Origin: Lytechinus pictus
Taxonomy: Eukaryota
Assembly: GCF_037042905.1 (NCBI RefSeq)
Contig: NC_087251.1
Location: 38,814,001 to 38,878,000 of the forward strand
Length of the DNA stretch: 64,000 nt
Reading direction: 5' to 3'
The notes beneath the pieces were generated by a model. It worked only from the letters and a program-made list of their open reading frames with translations, searched no databases and was not told the origin of the DNA. The position numbers were made by a program, and so were the translations under genes. Below are positions 48,601 through 63,600 of the stretch, one piece after another. Numbering within the stretch: the stretch's first letter is position 1; each line of letters starts with the position of its first letter.

Positions 48601-51600
48601 CCTCTTGATTCTCGCTGTAATAATCGGTTAGGATGCTAGAACATTCCAGGGAGTGAAGACGGCTGATTTGGGGGGGTTTCGGGGGAAATATTGAACAAAT
48701 ATTATTTTGCTCAATTTTGGCCAATTTTGCCCAATTTTCCATGTCGCGGGTGGGGCGAGGGGGTCAAAAATTCAAACTCCCTGGATCCTCTTGATTCTCG
48801 CTGTAATAATCGGTTAGGATGCTAAAACATTCCAGGGAGTAATGACGGCTGATTTGGGGGGGTTCTGGGGGAAATATTGAACAAATATTATTTTGCTCAT
48901 TTTTGGCAAATTTTGCCCAATTTTCCATGTCGCGGGTGGGGCGAGGGGGTCGAAAATTCAAACTCCCTGGATCCTCTTGATTCTCGCTGTAATAATCGGT
49001 TAGGATGCTAAAACATCCCAGGGAGCGAAGACGGCTGATTTGGGGGGGTTTCGGGGGAAATATTGAACATGTTATTTTGCTCAATTTTGGCCAATTTTGC
49101 CCAATTTTCCATGTCGCGGGTGGGGCGAGGGGGTCGAAAATTCAAACTCCCTGGATCCTCTTGATTCTCGCTGTAATAATCGGTTAGGATGCTAAAACAT
49201 TCCAGGGAGCGAAGAAGGCTGATTTGGGGGGGTTCTGGGGGAAATATTGAAAAAATATTATTTTGCTCAATTTTGGCCAATTTTGCCGAATTTTCCATGT
49301 CGCGGGTGGGGCAATGGGGTCGAAAATTCAAACTCCCTGGATCCTCTTGATTCTCGCTGTTATAATCAGTTAGGATGCTAAAACATTCCAGAGAGCGAAG
49401 ACAGCTGATTTGGGGGGGTTCTGGGGGAAATATTGAACAAATATTATTTTGCTCAATTTTGGCCAATTTTGCCGAATTTTCCATGTCGCGGGTGGGGCAA
49501 TGGGGTCGAAAATTCAAACTCTCTGGATCCTCTTGATTCTCGCTGTAATAATCGGTTAGGATGCTAAAACATCCCAGGGAGCAAAGACGGCTGATTTGGG
49601 GGGGTTTCGGGGGAAATATTGAACAAATATTATTTTGCTCAATTTTGGCCAATTTTGTCAAATTTTCCATGTCGCGGGTGGGGCGAGGGGGTCGAAAATT
49701 CAAACTCCCTGGATCCTCTTGATTCTCTCTGTAATAATCGGTAAGGATGCTAAAACATCCCAGGGAGCAAAGACGGCTGATTTGGGGGGGTTTCGGGGGA
49801 AATATTGAACAAATATTATTTTGGTCAATTTTTGCCAATTTTTGCCAATTTTGCCCAATTTTCCATGTCGCGGGTGGGGCGAGGGGGTCGAAAATTCAAA
49901 CTCCCTGGATCCTCTTGATTCTCGCTGTAATAATCGGTTAGGATGCTAAAACATCCCAGGGAGCGAAGACGGCTGATTTGGGGGGGTTTCGGGGAAAATA
50001 TTGAACAAATATTATTTTGCTCAATTTTGGCCAATTTCGCCCAATTTTCCATGTCGCGGTGGGGCGAGGGGGTCGAAAATTCAAACTCCCTGGATCCTCT
50101 TGATTCTCGCTGTAACAATCGGTTAGGATGCTAAAACATCCCAGGGAGCAAAGACGGCTGATTTGGGGGGGTTTCGGGGGAAATATTGAACAAATATTAT
50201 TTTGGTCAATTTTTGCCAATTTTGCCAAATTTTCCATGTCGCGGTTGGGGCGAGGGGGTCGAAAATTCAAACTCCCTGGATCCTCTTGATTCTCGCTGTA
50301 ATAATCGGTTAGGATGCTAAAGCATCCCAGGGAGCAAAGACTGCTGATTTGGGGGGGTTTCGGGGGAAATATTGAACAAATAATATTTTGGTCAATTTTT
50401 CCAATTTTGCCCAATTTTCCATGTCGCGGTTGGGGTGAGGGGGTCGAAAATTCAAACTCCCTGGATCCTCTTGATTCTCGCTGTAATAATCGGTTAGGAT
50501 GCTAAAACATTCCAGGGAGCGAAGAAGGCTGATTTGGGGGGGTTCTGGGGGAAATATTGAAAAAATATTATTTTGCTCAATTTTGGCCAATTTTGCCGAA
50601 TTTTCCATGTCGCGGGTGGGGCAATGGGGTCGAAAATTCAAACTCCCTGGATCCTCTTGATTCTCGCTGTTATAATCAGTTAGGATGCTAAAACATTCCA
50701 GAGAGCGAAGACAGCTGATTTGGGGGGGTTCTGGGGGAAATATTGAACAAATATTATTTTGCTCAATTTTGGCCAATTTTGCCGAATTTTCCATGTCGCG
50801 GGTGGGGCAATGGGGTCGAAAATTCAAACTCTCTGGATCCTCTTGATTCTCGCTGTAATAATCGGTTAGGATGCTAGAACATCCTAAGGAGCAAGACGGC
50901 TGATTTGGGGGGGTTTCAGGGGAAATATTGAACAAATATTATTTTGCTCAATTTTGGCCAATTTTGCCCAATTTTCCATGTCGCGGGTGGGGCGAGGGGG
51001 TCGAAAATTAAAACTCCCTGGATCCTCTTGATTCTCGCTGTAATAATCTGTTAGGATGCTAAAACATCCCAGGGAGCAAAGACGGCTGATTTGGGGGGGT
51101 TTCGGGGGAAATATTGAACAAATATTATTTTGCTCAATTTTGGCCAATTTTGCCCAATTTTCCATGTCGCGGGTGGGGCGAGGGGGTCGAAAATTCAAAC
51201 TAGCTGGATCCTCTTGATTCTCGCTGTAATAATCGGTTAGGATGCTAAAACATTCCAGGGAGTGAAGACGGCTGATTTGGGGGGGTTCTGGGGGAAATAT
51301 TGAACAAATATTATTTTGCTCAATTTTGGCCAATTTTGCCCAATTTTCCATGTCGCGGGTGGGGCGAGGGGGTCAAAAATTCAAACTCCCTGGATCCTCT
51401 TGATTCTCGCTGTAATAATCGGTTAGGATGCTAAAACATCCCAGGGAGCGAAGACGGCTGATTTGGGGGGGTTTCGGGGGAAATATTGAACAAATGTTAT
51501 TTTGCTCAATTTTGGCCAATTTTGCCCAATTTTCCATGTCGCGGGTGGGGCGAGGGGGTCGAAAATTCAAACTCCCTGGATCCTCTTGATTCTCGCTGTA

Positions 51601-54600
51601 ATAATCGGTTAGGATGCTAAAACATCCCAGGGAGCAAAGACGGCTGATTTGGGGGGGGTTTCGGGGGAAATATTGAACAAATAATATTTTGCTCAATTTT
51701 GGCCAATTTTGCCCAATTTTCCATGTCGCGGTGGGGCGAGGGGGGTCGAAAATTCAAACTCCCTGGATCCTCTTGATTCTCGCTGTAATAATCGGTTAGG
51801 ATGCTAGAACATTCCAGGGAGTGAAGACGGCTGATTTGGGGGGGTTTCGGGGGAAATATTGAACAAATATTATTTTGCTCAATTTTGGCCAATTTTGCCC
51901 AATTTTCCATGTCGCGGGTGGGGCGAGGGGGTCAAAAATTCAAACTCCCTGGATCCTCTTGATTCTCGCTGTAATAATCGGTTAGGATGCTAAAACATTC
52001 CAGGGAGTAATGACGGCTGATTTGGGGGGGTTCTGGGGGAAATATTGAACAAATATTATTTTGCTCATTTTTGGCAAATTTTGCCCAATTTTCCATGTCG
52101 CGGGTGGGGCGAGGGGGTCGAAAATTCAAACTCCCTGGATCCTCTTGATTCTCGCTGTAATAATCGGTTAGGATGCTAAAACATCCCAGGGAGCGAAGAC
52201 GGCTGATTTGGGGGGGTTTCGGGGGAAATATTGAACATGTTATTTTGCTCAATTTTGGCCAATTTTGCCCAATTTTCCATGTCGCGGGTGGGGCGAGGGG
52301 GTCGAAAATTCAAACTCCCTGGATCCTCTTGATTCTTGCTGTAATAATCGGTTAGGATGCTAAAATATCCCAGGGAGCAAAGACGGCTGATTTGGGGGGG
52401 TTTCGGGGGAAATATTGAACAAATATTATTTTGCTCAATTTTGGCCAATTTTGTCAAATTTTCCATGTCGCGGGTGGGGCGAGGGGGTCGAAAATTCAAA
52501 CTCCCTGGATCCTCTTGATTCTCGCTGTAATAATCGGTTAGGATGCTAAAACATCCCAGGGAGCAAAGACGGCTGATTTGGGGGGGTTTCGGGGGAAATA
52601 TTGAACAAATATTATTTTGCTAAATTTTGCCCAATTTTCCATGTCGCGGTTGGGGCGAGGGGGTCGAAAATTCAAAGTCCCTGGATCTTCTTGATTCTCG
52701 CTGTAATAATCGGTTAGGATGCTAAAACATTCCAGGGAGCGAAGACAGCTGATTTGGGGGGGTTTCGGGGGAAATATTGAACAAATATTATTTTGCTCAA
52801 TTTTGGCCAATTTTGCCCAATTTTCCATGTCGCGGGTGGGGCAATGGGGTCGAAAATTCAAACTCCCTGGATCATCTTGATTCTCGCTGTAATAATCGGT
52901 TAGGATGCTAAAACATCCTAAGGAGCGAAGACGGCTGATTTGGGGGGGTTTCAGGGGAAATATTGAACAAATATTATTTTGCTCAATTTTGGCCAATTTT
53001 GCCCAATTTTCCATGTCGCGGGTGGGCGAGGGGGTCGAAAATTAAAACTCCCTGGATCCTCTTGATTCTCGCTGTAATAATCGATTAGGATGCTAAAACA
53101 TCCCAGGGAGCGAAGACGGCTGATTTGGGGGGGTTTCGGGGGAAATATTGAATAAATATTATTTTGCTCAATTTTGGCCAATTTTGCCAAATTTTCCATG
53201 TCGCGGGTGGGGCGAGGGGGTCGAAAATTCAAACTCCCTGGATCCTCTTGATTCTTGCTGTAATAATCGGTTAGGATGCTAAAACATCCCAGGGAGCGAA
53301 GACGGCTGATTTAGGGGGGTTTCGGGGGAAATATTGAACAAATATTATTTTGCTCAATTTTGGCCAATTTTGCCCAATTTTCCATGTCGCGGGTGGGGCG
53401 AGGGGGTCGAAAATTCAAACTCCCTGGATCCTCTTGATTCTCGCTGTAATAATCGGTTAGGATGCTAAAACATCCCAGGGAGCAAAGACGGCTGATTTGG
53501 GGGGGTTTCGGGGGAAATATTGAACAAATATTATTTTGCTCAATTTTGGCCAATTTTGTCAAATTTTCCATGTCGCGGGTGGGGCGAGGGGGTCGAAAAT
53601 TCAAACTCCCTGGATCCTCTTGATTCTCGCTGTATTAATCGGTTAGGATGCTAAAACATCCCAGGGAGCAAAGACGGCTGATTTGGGGGGGTTTCGGGGG
53701 AAATATTGAACAAATATTATTTTGCTCAATTTTTGCCAATTTTGTCCAATTTTCCATGTCGCGGTTGGGGCGAGGGGGTCGAAAATTCAAAGTCCCTGGA
53801 TCTTCTTGATTCTCGCTGTAATAATCGGTTAGGATGCTAAAACATTCCAGGGAGCGAAGACAGCTGATTTGGGGGGGTTTCGGGGGAAATATTGAACAAA
53901 TATTATTTTGCTCAATTTTGGCCAATTTTGCCGAATTTTCCATGTCGCGGGTGGGGCAATGGGGTCGAAAATTCAAACTCCCTGGATCCTCTTGATTCTC
54001 GCTGTAATAATCGGTTAGGATGCTAAAACATCCTTAGGAGCAAAGACGGCTGATTTGGGGGGGTTTCAGGGGAAATTTTGAACAAATATTATTTTGCTCA
54101 ATTTTGGCAAATTTTCCCAATTTTCCATGTCGCGGGTGGGGCGAGGGGGTCCAAAATTAAAACTCCCTGGATCCTCTTGATTCTCGCTGTAATAATCGGT
54201 TAGGATGCTAAAACATCCCAGGGAGTGAAGACGGCTGATTTGGGGGGGTTTCGGGGAAAATATTGAACAAATATTATTTTGCTCAATTTTGCCCAATTTT
54301 CCATGTCGCGGTGGGGCGAGGGGGTCGAAAATTCAAACTCCCTGGATCCTCTTGATTCTCGCTGTAATAATCGGTTAGGATGCTAAAACATCCCAGGGAG
54401 CAAAGACGGCTGATTTGGGGGGGTTTCGGGGGAAATATTGAACAAATATTATTTTGGTCAATTTTTGCCAATTTTGCCCAATTTTCCATGTCGCGGTTGG
54501 GGAGAGGGGGTCGAAAATTCAAACTCCCTGGATCCTCTTGATTCTCGCTGTAATAATCGGTTAGGATGCTAAAACATCCCAGGGAGTGAAGACGGCTGAT

Positions 54601-57600
54601 TTGGGGGGGTTTCGGGGAAAATATTGAACAAATATTATTTTGCTCAATTTTGCCCAATTTTCCATGTCGCGGTGGGGCGAGGGGGTCGAAAATTCAAACT
54701 CCCTGGATCCTCTTGATTCTCGCTGTAATAATCGGTTAGGATGCTAAAACATCCCAGGGAGCAAAGACGGCTGATTTGGGGGGGTTTCGGGGGAAATATT
54801 GAACAAATAATATTTTGCTCAATTTTGGCCAATTTTGCCCAATTTTCCATGTCGCGGTGGGGCGTTGGGGTCGAAAATTCAAACTCCCTGGATCCTCTTG
54901 ATTCTCGCTGTAATAATCGGTTAGGATGCTAGAACATTCCAGGGAGTGAAGACGGCTGATTTGGGGGGGTTTCGGGGGAAATATTGAACAAATATTATTT
55001 TGCTCAATTTTGGCCAATTTTGCCCAATTTTCCATGTCGCGGGTGGGGCGAGGGGGTCAAAAATTCAAACTCCCTGGATCCTCTTGATTCTCGCTGTAAT
55101 AATCGGTTAGGATGCTAAAACATTCCAGGGAGTAATGACGGCTGATTTGGGGGGGTTCTGGGGGAAATATTGAACAAATATTATTTTGCTCATTTTTGGC
55201 AAATTTTGCCCAATTTTCCATGTCGCGGGTGGGGCGAGGGGGTCGAAAATTCAAACTCCCTGGATCCTCTTGATTCTCGCTGTAATAATCGGTTAGGATG
55301 CTAAAACATCCCAGGGAGCGAAGACGGCTGATTTGGGGGGGTTTCGGGGGAAATATTGAACATGTTATTTTGCTCAATTTTGGCCAATTTTGCCCAATTT
55401 TCCATGTCGCGGGTGGGGCGAGGGGGTCGAAAATTCAAACTCCCTGGATCCTCTTGATTCTTGCTGTAATAATCGGTTAGGATGCTAAAATATCCCAGGG
55501 AGCAAAGACGGCTGATTTGGGGGGGTTTCGGGGGAAATATTGAACAAATATTATTTTGCTCAATTTTGGCCAATTTTGTCAAATTTTCCATGTCGCGGGT
55601 GGGGCGAGGGGGTCGAAAATTCAAACTCCCTGGATCCTCTTGATTCTCGCTGTAATAATCGGTTAGGATGCTAAAACATCCCAGGGAGCAAAGACGGCTG
55701 ATTTGGGGGGGTTTCGGGGGAAATATTGAACAAATATTATTTTGCTCAATTTTGCCCAATTTTCCATGTCGCGGTTGGGGCGAGGGGGTCGAAAATTCAA
55801 AGTCCCTGGATCTTCTTGATTCTCGCTGTAATAATCGGTTAGGATGCTAAAACATTCCAGGGAGCGAAGACAGCTGATTTGGGGGGGTTTCGGGGGAAAT
55901 ATTGAAAAAATATTATTTTGCTCAATTTTGGCCAATTTTCCATGTCGCGGGTGGGGCAATGGGGTCGAAAATTCAAACTCCCTGGATCATCTTGATTCTC
56001 GCTGTAATAATCGGTTAGGATGCTAAAACATCCTAAGGAGCGAAGACGGCTGATTTGGGGGGGTTTCAGGGGAAATATTGAACAAATATTATTTTGCTCA
56101 ATTTTGGCCAATTTTGCCCAATTTTCCATGTCGCGGGTGGGCGAGGGGGTCGAAAATTAAAACTCCCTGGATCCTCTTGATTCTCGCTGTAATAATCGAT
56201 TAGGATGCTAAAACATCCCAGGGAGCGAAGACGGCTGATTTGGGGGGGTTTCGGGGGAAATATTGAATAAATATTATTTTGCTCAATTTTGGCCAATTTT
56301 GCCAAATTTTCCATGTCGCGGGTGGGGCGAGGGGGTCGAAAATTCAAACTCCCTGGATCCTCTTGATTCTTGCTGTAATAATCGGTTAGGATGCTAAAAC
56401 ATCCCAGGGAGCGAAGACGGCTGATTTAGGGGGGTTTCGGGGGAAATATTGAACAAATATTATTTTGCTCAATTTTGGCCAATTTTGCCCAATTTTCCAT
56501 GTCGCGGGTGGGGCGAGGGGGTCGAAAATTCAAACTCCCTGGATCCTCTTGATTCTCGCTGTAATAATCGGTTAGGATGCTAAAACATCCCAGGGAGCAA
56601 AGACGGCTGATTTGGGGGGGTTTCGGGGGAAATATTGAACAAATATTATTTTGCTCAATTTTGGCCAATTTTGTCAAATTTTCCATGTCGCGGGTGGGGC
56701 GAGGGGGTCGAAAATTCAAACTCCCTGGATCCTCTTGATTCTCGCTGTATTAATCGGTTAGGATGCTAAAACATCCCAGGGAGCAAAGACGGCTGATTTG
56801 GGGGGGTTTCGGGGGAAATATTGAACAAATATTATTTTGCTCAATTTTTGCCAATTTTGCCCAATTTTCCATGTCGCGGTTGGGGCGAGGGGGTCGAAAA
56901 TTCAAAGTCCCTGGATCTTCTTGATTCTCGCTGTAATAATCGGTTAGGATGCTAAAACATTCCAGGGAGCGAAGACAGCTGATTTGGGGGGGTTTCGGGG
57001 GAAATATTGAACAAATATTATTTTGCTCAATTTTGGCCAATTTTGCCGAATTTTCCATGTCGCGGGTGGGGCAATGGGGTCGAAAATTCAAACTCCCTGG
57101 ATCCTCTTGATTCTCGCTGTAATAATCGGTTAGGATGCTAAAACATCCTTAGGAGCGAAGACGGCTGATTTGGGGGGGTTTCAGGGGAAATTTTGAACAA
57201 ATATTATTTTGCTCAATTTTGGCAAATTTTCCCAATTTTCCATGTCGCGGGTGGGGCGAGGGGGTCCAAAATTAAAACTCCCTGGATCCTCTTGATTCTC
57301 GCTGTAATAATCGGTTAGGATGCTAAAACATCCCAGGGAGTGAAGACGGCTGATTTGGGGGGGTTTCGGGGAAAATATTGAACAAATATTATTTTGCTCA
57401 ATTTTGCCCAATTTTCCATGTCGCGGTGGGGCGAGGGGGTCGAAAATTCAAACTCCCTGGATCCTCTTGATTCTCGCTGTAATAATCGGTTAGGATGCTA
57501 AAACATCCCAGGGAGCAAAGACGGCTGATTTGGGGGGGTTTCGGGGGAAATATTGAACAAATATTATTTTGGTCAATTTTTGCCAATTTTGCCCAATTTT

Positions 57601-60600
57601 CCATGTCGCGGTTGGGGAGAGGGGGTCGAAAATTCAAACTCCCTGGATCCTCTTGATTCTCGCTGTAATAATCGGTTAGGATGCTAAAACATCCCAGGGA
57701 GTGAAGACGGCTGATTTGGGGGGGTTTCGGGGAAAATATTGAACAAATATTATTTTGCTCAATTTTGCCCAATTTTCCATGTCGCGGTGGGGCGAGGGGG
57801 TCGAAAATTCAAACTCCCTGGATCCTCTTGATTCTCGCTGTAATAATCGGTTAGGATGCTAAAACATCCCAGGGAGCAAAGACGGCTGATTTGGGGGGGT
57901 TTCGGGGGAAATATTGAACAAATATTATTTTGGTCAATTTTTGCCAATTTTGCCCAATTTTCCATGTCGAGGTTGGGGCGAGGGGGTCGAAAATTCAAAC
58001 TCCCTGGATCCTCTTGATTCTCGCTGTAATAATCGGTTAGGATGCTAAAACATCCCAGGGAGCAAAGACGGCTGATTTGGGGGGGTTTCGGGGGAAATAT
58101 TGAACAAATATTATTTTGCTCAATTTTGCCCAATTTTCCATGTCGCGGTTGGGGCGAGGGGGTCGACAATTCAAAGTCCCTGGATCTTCTTGATTCTCGC
58201 TGTAATAATCGGTTAGGATGCTAAAACATTCCAGGGAGCGAAGACAGCTGATTTGGGGGGGTTTCGGGGGAAATATTGAACAAATATTATTTTGCTCAAT
58301 TTTGGCCAATTTTGCCCAATTTTCCATGTCGCGGGTGGGGCAATGGGGTCGAAAATTCAAACTCCCTGGATCATCTTGATTCTCGCTGTAATAATCGGTT
58401 AGGATGCTAAAACATCCCAGGGAGCGAAGACGGCTGATTTGGGGGGGTTTCGGGGGAAATATTGAACAAATGTTATTTTGCTCAATTTTGGCCAATTTTG
58501 CCCAATTTTCCATGTCGCGGGTGGGGCGAGGGGGTCGAAAATTCAAACTCCCTGGATCCTCTTGATTTTCGCTGTAATAATCGGTTAGGATGCTAAAACA
58601 TCCCAGGGAGCAAAGACGGCTGATTTGGGGGGGTTTCGGGGGAAATATTGAACAAATATTATTTTGCTCAATTTTGGCCAATTTTGCCCAATTTTCCATG
58701 TCGCGGTGGGGCGAGGGGGGTCGAAAATTCAAACTCCCTGGATCCTCTTGATTCTCGCTGTAATAATCGGTTAGGATGCTAGAACATTCCAGGGAGTGAA
58801 GACGGCTGATTTGGGGGGGTTTCGGGGGAAATATTGAACAAATATTATTTTGCTCAATTTTGGCCAATTTTGCCCAATTTTCCATGTCGCGGGTGGGGCG
58901 AGGGGGTCAAAAATTCAAACTCCCTGGATCCTCTTGATTCTCGCTGTAATAATCGGTTAGGATGCTAAAACATTCCAGGGAGTAATGACGGCTGATTTGG
59001 GGGGGTTCTGGGGGAAATATTGAACAAATATTATTTTGCTCATTTTTGGCAAATTTTGCCCAATTTTCCATGTCGCGGGTGGGGCGAGGGGGTCGAAAAT
59101 TCAAACTCCCTGGATCCTCTTGATTCTCGCTGTAATAATCGGTTAGGATGCTAAAACATCCCAGGGAGCGAAGACGGCTGATTTGGGGGGGTTTCGGGGG
59201 AAATATTGAACAAATATTATTTTGCTCAATTTTGGCCAATTTTCCATGTCGCGTGTGGGGCAATGGGGTCGAAAATTCAAACTCCCTGGATCATCTTGAT
59301 TCTCGCTGTAATAATCGGTTAGGATGCTAAAACATCCTAAGGAGCGAAGACGGCTGATTTGGGGGGGTTTCAGGGGAAATATTGAACAAATATTATTTTG
59401 CTCAATTTTGGCCAATTTTGCCCAATTTTCCATGTCGCGGGTGGGCGAGGGGGTCGAAAATTAAAACTCCCTGGATCCTCTTGATTCTCGCTGTAATAAT
59501 CGATTAGGATGCTAAAACATCCCAGGGAGCGAAGACGGCTGATTTGGGGGGGTTTCGGGGGAAATATTGAATAAATATTATTTTGCTCAATTTTGGCCAA
59601 TTTTGCCAAATTTTCCATGTCGCGGATGGGGCGAGGGGGTCGAAAATTCAAAATCCCTGGATCCTCTTGATTCTTGCTGTAATAATCGGTTAGGATGCTA
59701 AAACATCCCAGGGAGCGAAGACGGCTGATTTAGGGGGGTTTCGGGGGAAATATTGAACAAATATTATTTTGCTCAATTTTGGCCAATTTTGCCCAATTTT
59801 CCATGTCGCGGATGGGGCGAGGGGGTCGAAAATTCAAACTCCCTGGATCCTCTTGATTCTCGCTGTAATAATCGGTTAGGATGCTAAAACATCCCAGGGA
59901 GCAAAGACGGCTGATTTGGGGGGGTTTCGGGGGAAATATTGAACAAATATTATTTTGCTCAATTTTGGCCAATTTTGTCAAATTTTCCATGTCGCGGTTG
60001 GGGCGAGGGGGTCGAAAATTCAAAGTCCCTGGATCTTCTTGATTCTCGCTGAAATAATCGGTTAGGATGCTAAAACATTCCAGGGAGCGAAGACAGGTGA
60101 TTTGGGGGGGTTTCGGGGGAAATATTGAACAAATATTATTTTGCTCAATTTTGGCCAATTTTGCCGAATTTTCCATGTCGCGGGTGGGGCAATGGGGTCG
60201 AAAATTCAAACTCCCTTGATCCTCTTGATTCTCGCTGTAATAATCGGTTAGGATGCTAAAACATCCTAAGGAGCGAAGACGGCTGATTTGGGGGGGTTTC
60301 AGGGGAAATTTTGAACAAATATTATTTTGCTCAATTTTGGCAAATTTTCCCAATTTTCCATGTCGCGGGTGGGGCGAGGGGGTCCAAAATTAAAACTCCC
60401 TGGATCCTCTTGATTCTCGCTGTAATAATCGGTTAGGATGCTAAAACATCCCAGGGAGTGAAGACGGCTGATTTGGGGGGGTTTCGGGGAAAATATTGAA
60501 CAAATATTATTTTGCTCAATTTTGCCCAATTTTCCATGTCGCGGTGGGGCGAGGGGGTCGAAAATTCAAACTCCCTGGATCCTCTTGATTCTCGCTGTAA

Positions 60601-63600
60601 TAATCGGTTAGGATGCTAAAACATCCCAGGGAGCAAAGACGGCTGATTTGGGGGGGTTTCGGGGGAAATATTGAACAAATATTATTTTGGTCAATTTTTG
60701 CCAATTTTGCCCAATTTTCCATGTCGCGGTTGGGGCGAGGGGGTTGAAAATTCAAACTCCCTGGATCCTCTTGATTCTCGCTGTAATAATCGGTTAGGAT
60801 GCTAAAACATCCCAGGGAGCAAAGACGGCTGATTTGGGGGGGTTTCGGGGGAAATATTGAACAAATATTATTTTGCTCAATTTTGCCCAATTTTCCATGT
60901 CGCGGTTGGGGCGAGGGGGTCGAAAATTCAAAGTCCCTGGATCTTCTTGATTCTCGCTGTAATAATCGGTTAGGATGCTAAAACATTCCAGGGAGCGAAG
61001 ACAGCTGATTTGGGGGGGTTTCGGGGGAAATATTGAACAAATATTATTTTGCTCAATTTTGACCAATTTTGCCCAATTTTCCATGTCGCGGGTGGGGCAA
61101 TGGGGTCGAAAATTCAAACTCCCTGGATCATCTTGATTCTCGCTGTAATAATCGGTTAGGATGCTAAAACATCCTAAGGAGCGAAGACGGCTGATTTGGG
61201 GGGGTTTCAGGGGAAATATTGAACAAATATTATTTTGCTCAATTTTGGCCAATTTTGCCCAATTTTCCATTTCGCGGGTGGGGCGAGGGGGTCGAAAATT
61301 AAAACTCCCTGGATCCTCTTGATTCTCGCTGTAATAATCGATTAGGATGCTAAAACATCCCAGGGAGCGAAGACGGCTGATTTGGGGGGGTTTCGGGGGA
61401 AATATTGAATAAATATTATTTTGCTCAATTTTGGCCAATTTTGCCAAATTTTCCATGTCGCGGTGGGGCGAGGGGGTCGAAAATTCAAACTCCCTGGATC
61501 CTCTTGATTCTTGCTGTAATAATCGGTTAGGATGCTAAAACATCCCAGGGAGCGAAGACGGCTGATTTAGGGGGGTTTCGGGGGAAATATTGAACAAATA
61601 TTATTTTGCTCAATTTTGGCCAATTTTGCCCAATTTTCCATGTCGCGGGTGGGGCGAGGGGGTCGAAAATTCAAACTCCCTGGATCCTCTTGATTCTCGC
61701 TGTATTAATCGGTTAGGATGCTAAAACATCCCAGGGAGCAAAGACGGCTGATTTGGGGGGGTTTTGGGGGAAATATTGAACAAATATTATTTTGCTCAAT
61801 TTTTGCCAATTTTGCCCAATTTTCCATGTCGCGGTTGGGGCGAGGGGGTCGAAAATTCAAAGTCCCTGGATCTTCTTGATTCTCGCTGTAATAATAGGTT
61901 AGGATGCTAAAACATTCCAGGGAGCGAAGACAGCTGATTTGGGGGGGTTTCGGGGGAAATATTGAACAAATATTATTTTGCTCAATTTTGGCCAATTTTG
62001 CCGAATTTTCCATATCGCGGGTGGGGCAATGGGGTCGAAAATTCAAACTCCCTGGATCCTCTTGATTCTCGCTGTAATAATCGGTTAGGATGCTGAAACA
62101 TCCTAAGGAGCGAAGACGGCTCATTTGGGGGGGTTTCAGGGGAAATTTTGAACAAATATTATTTTGCTCAATTTTGGCAAATTTTCCCAATTTTCCATGT
62201 CGTGGGTGGGGCGAGGGGGTCCAAAATTAAAACTCCCTGGATCCTCTTGATTCTCGCTGTAATAATCGGTTAGGATGCTAAAACATCCCAGGGAGTGAAG
62301 ACGGCTGATTTGGGGGGGTTTCGGGGAAAATATTGAACAAATATTATTTTGCTCAATTTTGCCCAATTTTCCATGTCGCGGTTGGGGCGAGGGGGTCGAA
62401 AATTCAAAGTCCCTGGATCTTCTTGATTCTCGCTGTAATAATCGGTTAGGATGCTAAAACATCCTAAGGAGCGAAGACAGCTGATTTGGGGGGGTTTCAG
62501 GGGAAATATTGAACAAATATTATTTTGCTCAATTTTGGCCAATTTTGCCCAATTTTCCATGTCGCGGGTGGGGCAATGGGGTCGAAAATTCAAACTCCCT
62601 GGATCATCTTGATTCTCGCTGTAATAATCGGTTAGGATGCTAAAACATCCTAAGGAGCGAAATCAGCTGATTTGGGGGGGTTTCAGGGGAAATATTGAAC
62701 AAATATTATTTTGCTCAATTTTGGCCAATTTTGCCCAATTTTCCATTTCGCGGGTGGGGCGAGGGGGTCGAAAATTAAAACTCCCTGGATCCTCTTGATT
62801 CTCGCTGTAATAATCGATTAGGATGCTAAAACATCCCAGGGAGCGAAGACGGCTGATTTGGGGGGGTTTCGGGGGAAATATTGAATAAATATTATTTTGC
62901 TCAATTTTGGCCAATTTTGCCAAATTTTCCATGTCGCGGTGGGGCGAGGGGGTCGAAAATTCAAACTCCCTGGATCCTCTTGATTCTTGCTGTAATAATC
63001 GGTTAGGATGCTAAAACATCCCAGGGAGCGAAGACGGCTGATTTAGGGGGGTTTCGGGGGAAATATTGAACAAATATTATTTTGCTCAATTTTGGCCAAT
63101 TTTGCCCAATTTTCCATGTCGCGGGTGGGGCGAGGGGGTCGAAAATTCAAACTCCCTGGATCCTCTTGATTCTCGCTGTATTAATCGGTTAGGATGCTAA
63201 AACATCCCAGGGAGCAAAGACGGCTGATTTGGGGGGGTTTTGGGGGAAATATTGAACAAATATTATTTTGCTCAATTTTTGCCAATTTTGCCCAATTTTC
63301 CATGTCGCGGTTGGGGCGAGGGGGTCGAAAATTCAAAGTCCCTGGATCTTCTTGATTCTCGCTGTAATAATAGGTTAGGATGCTAAAACATTCCAGGGAG
63401 CGAAGACAGCTGATTTGGGGGGGTTTCGGGGGAAATATTGAACAAATATTATTTTGCTCAATTTTGGCCAATTTTGCCGAATTTTCCATATCGCGGGTGG
63501 GGCAATGGGGTCGAAAATTCAAACTCCCTGGATCCTCTTGATTCTCGCTGTAATAATCGGTTAGGATGCTAAAACATCCTAAGGAGCGAAGACGGCTCAT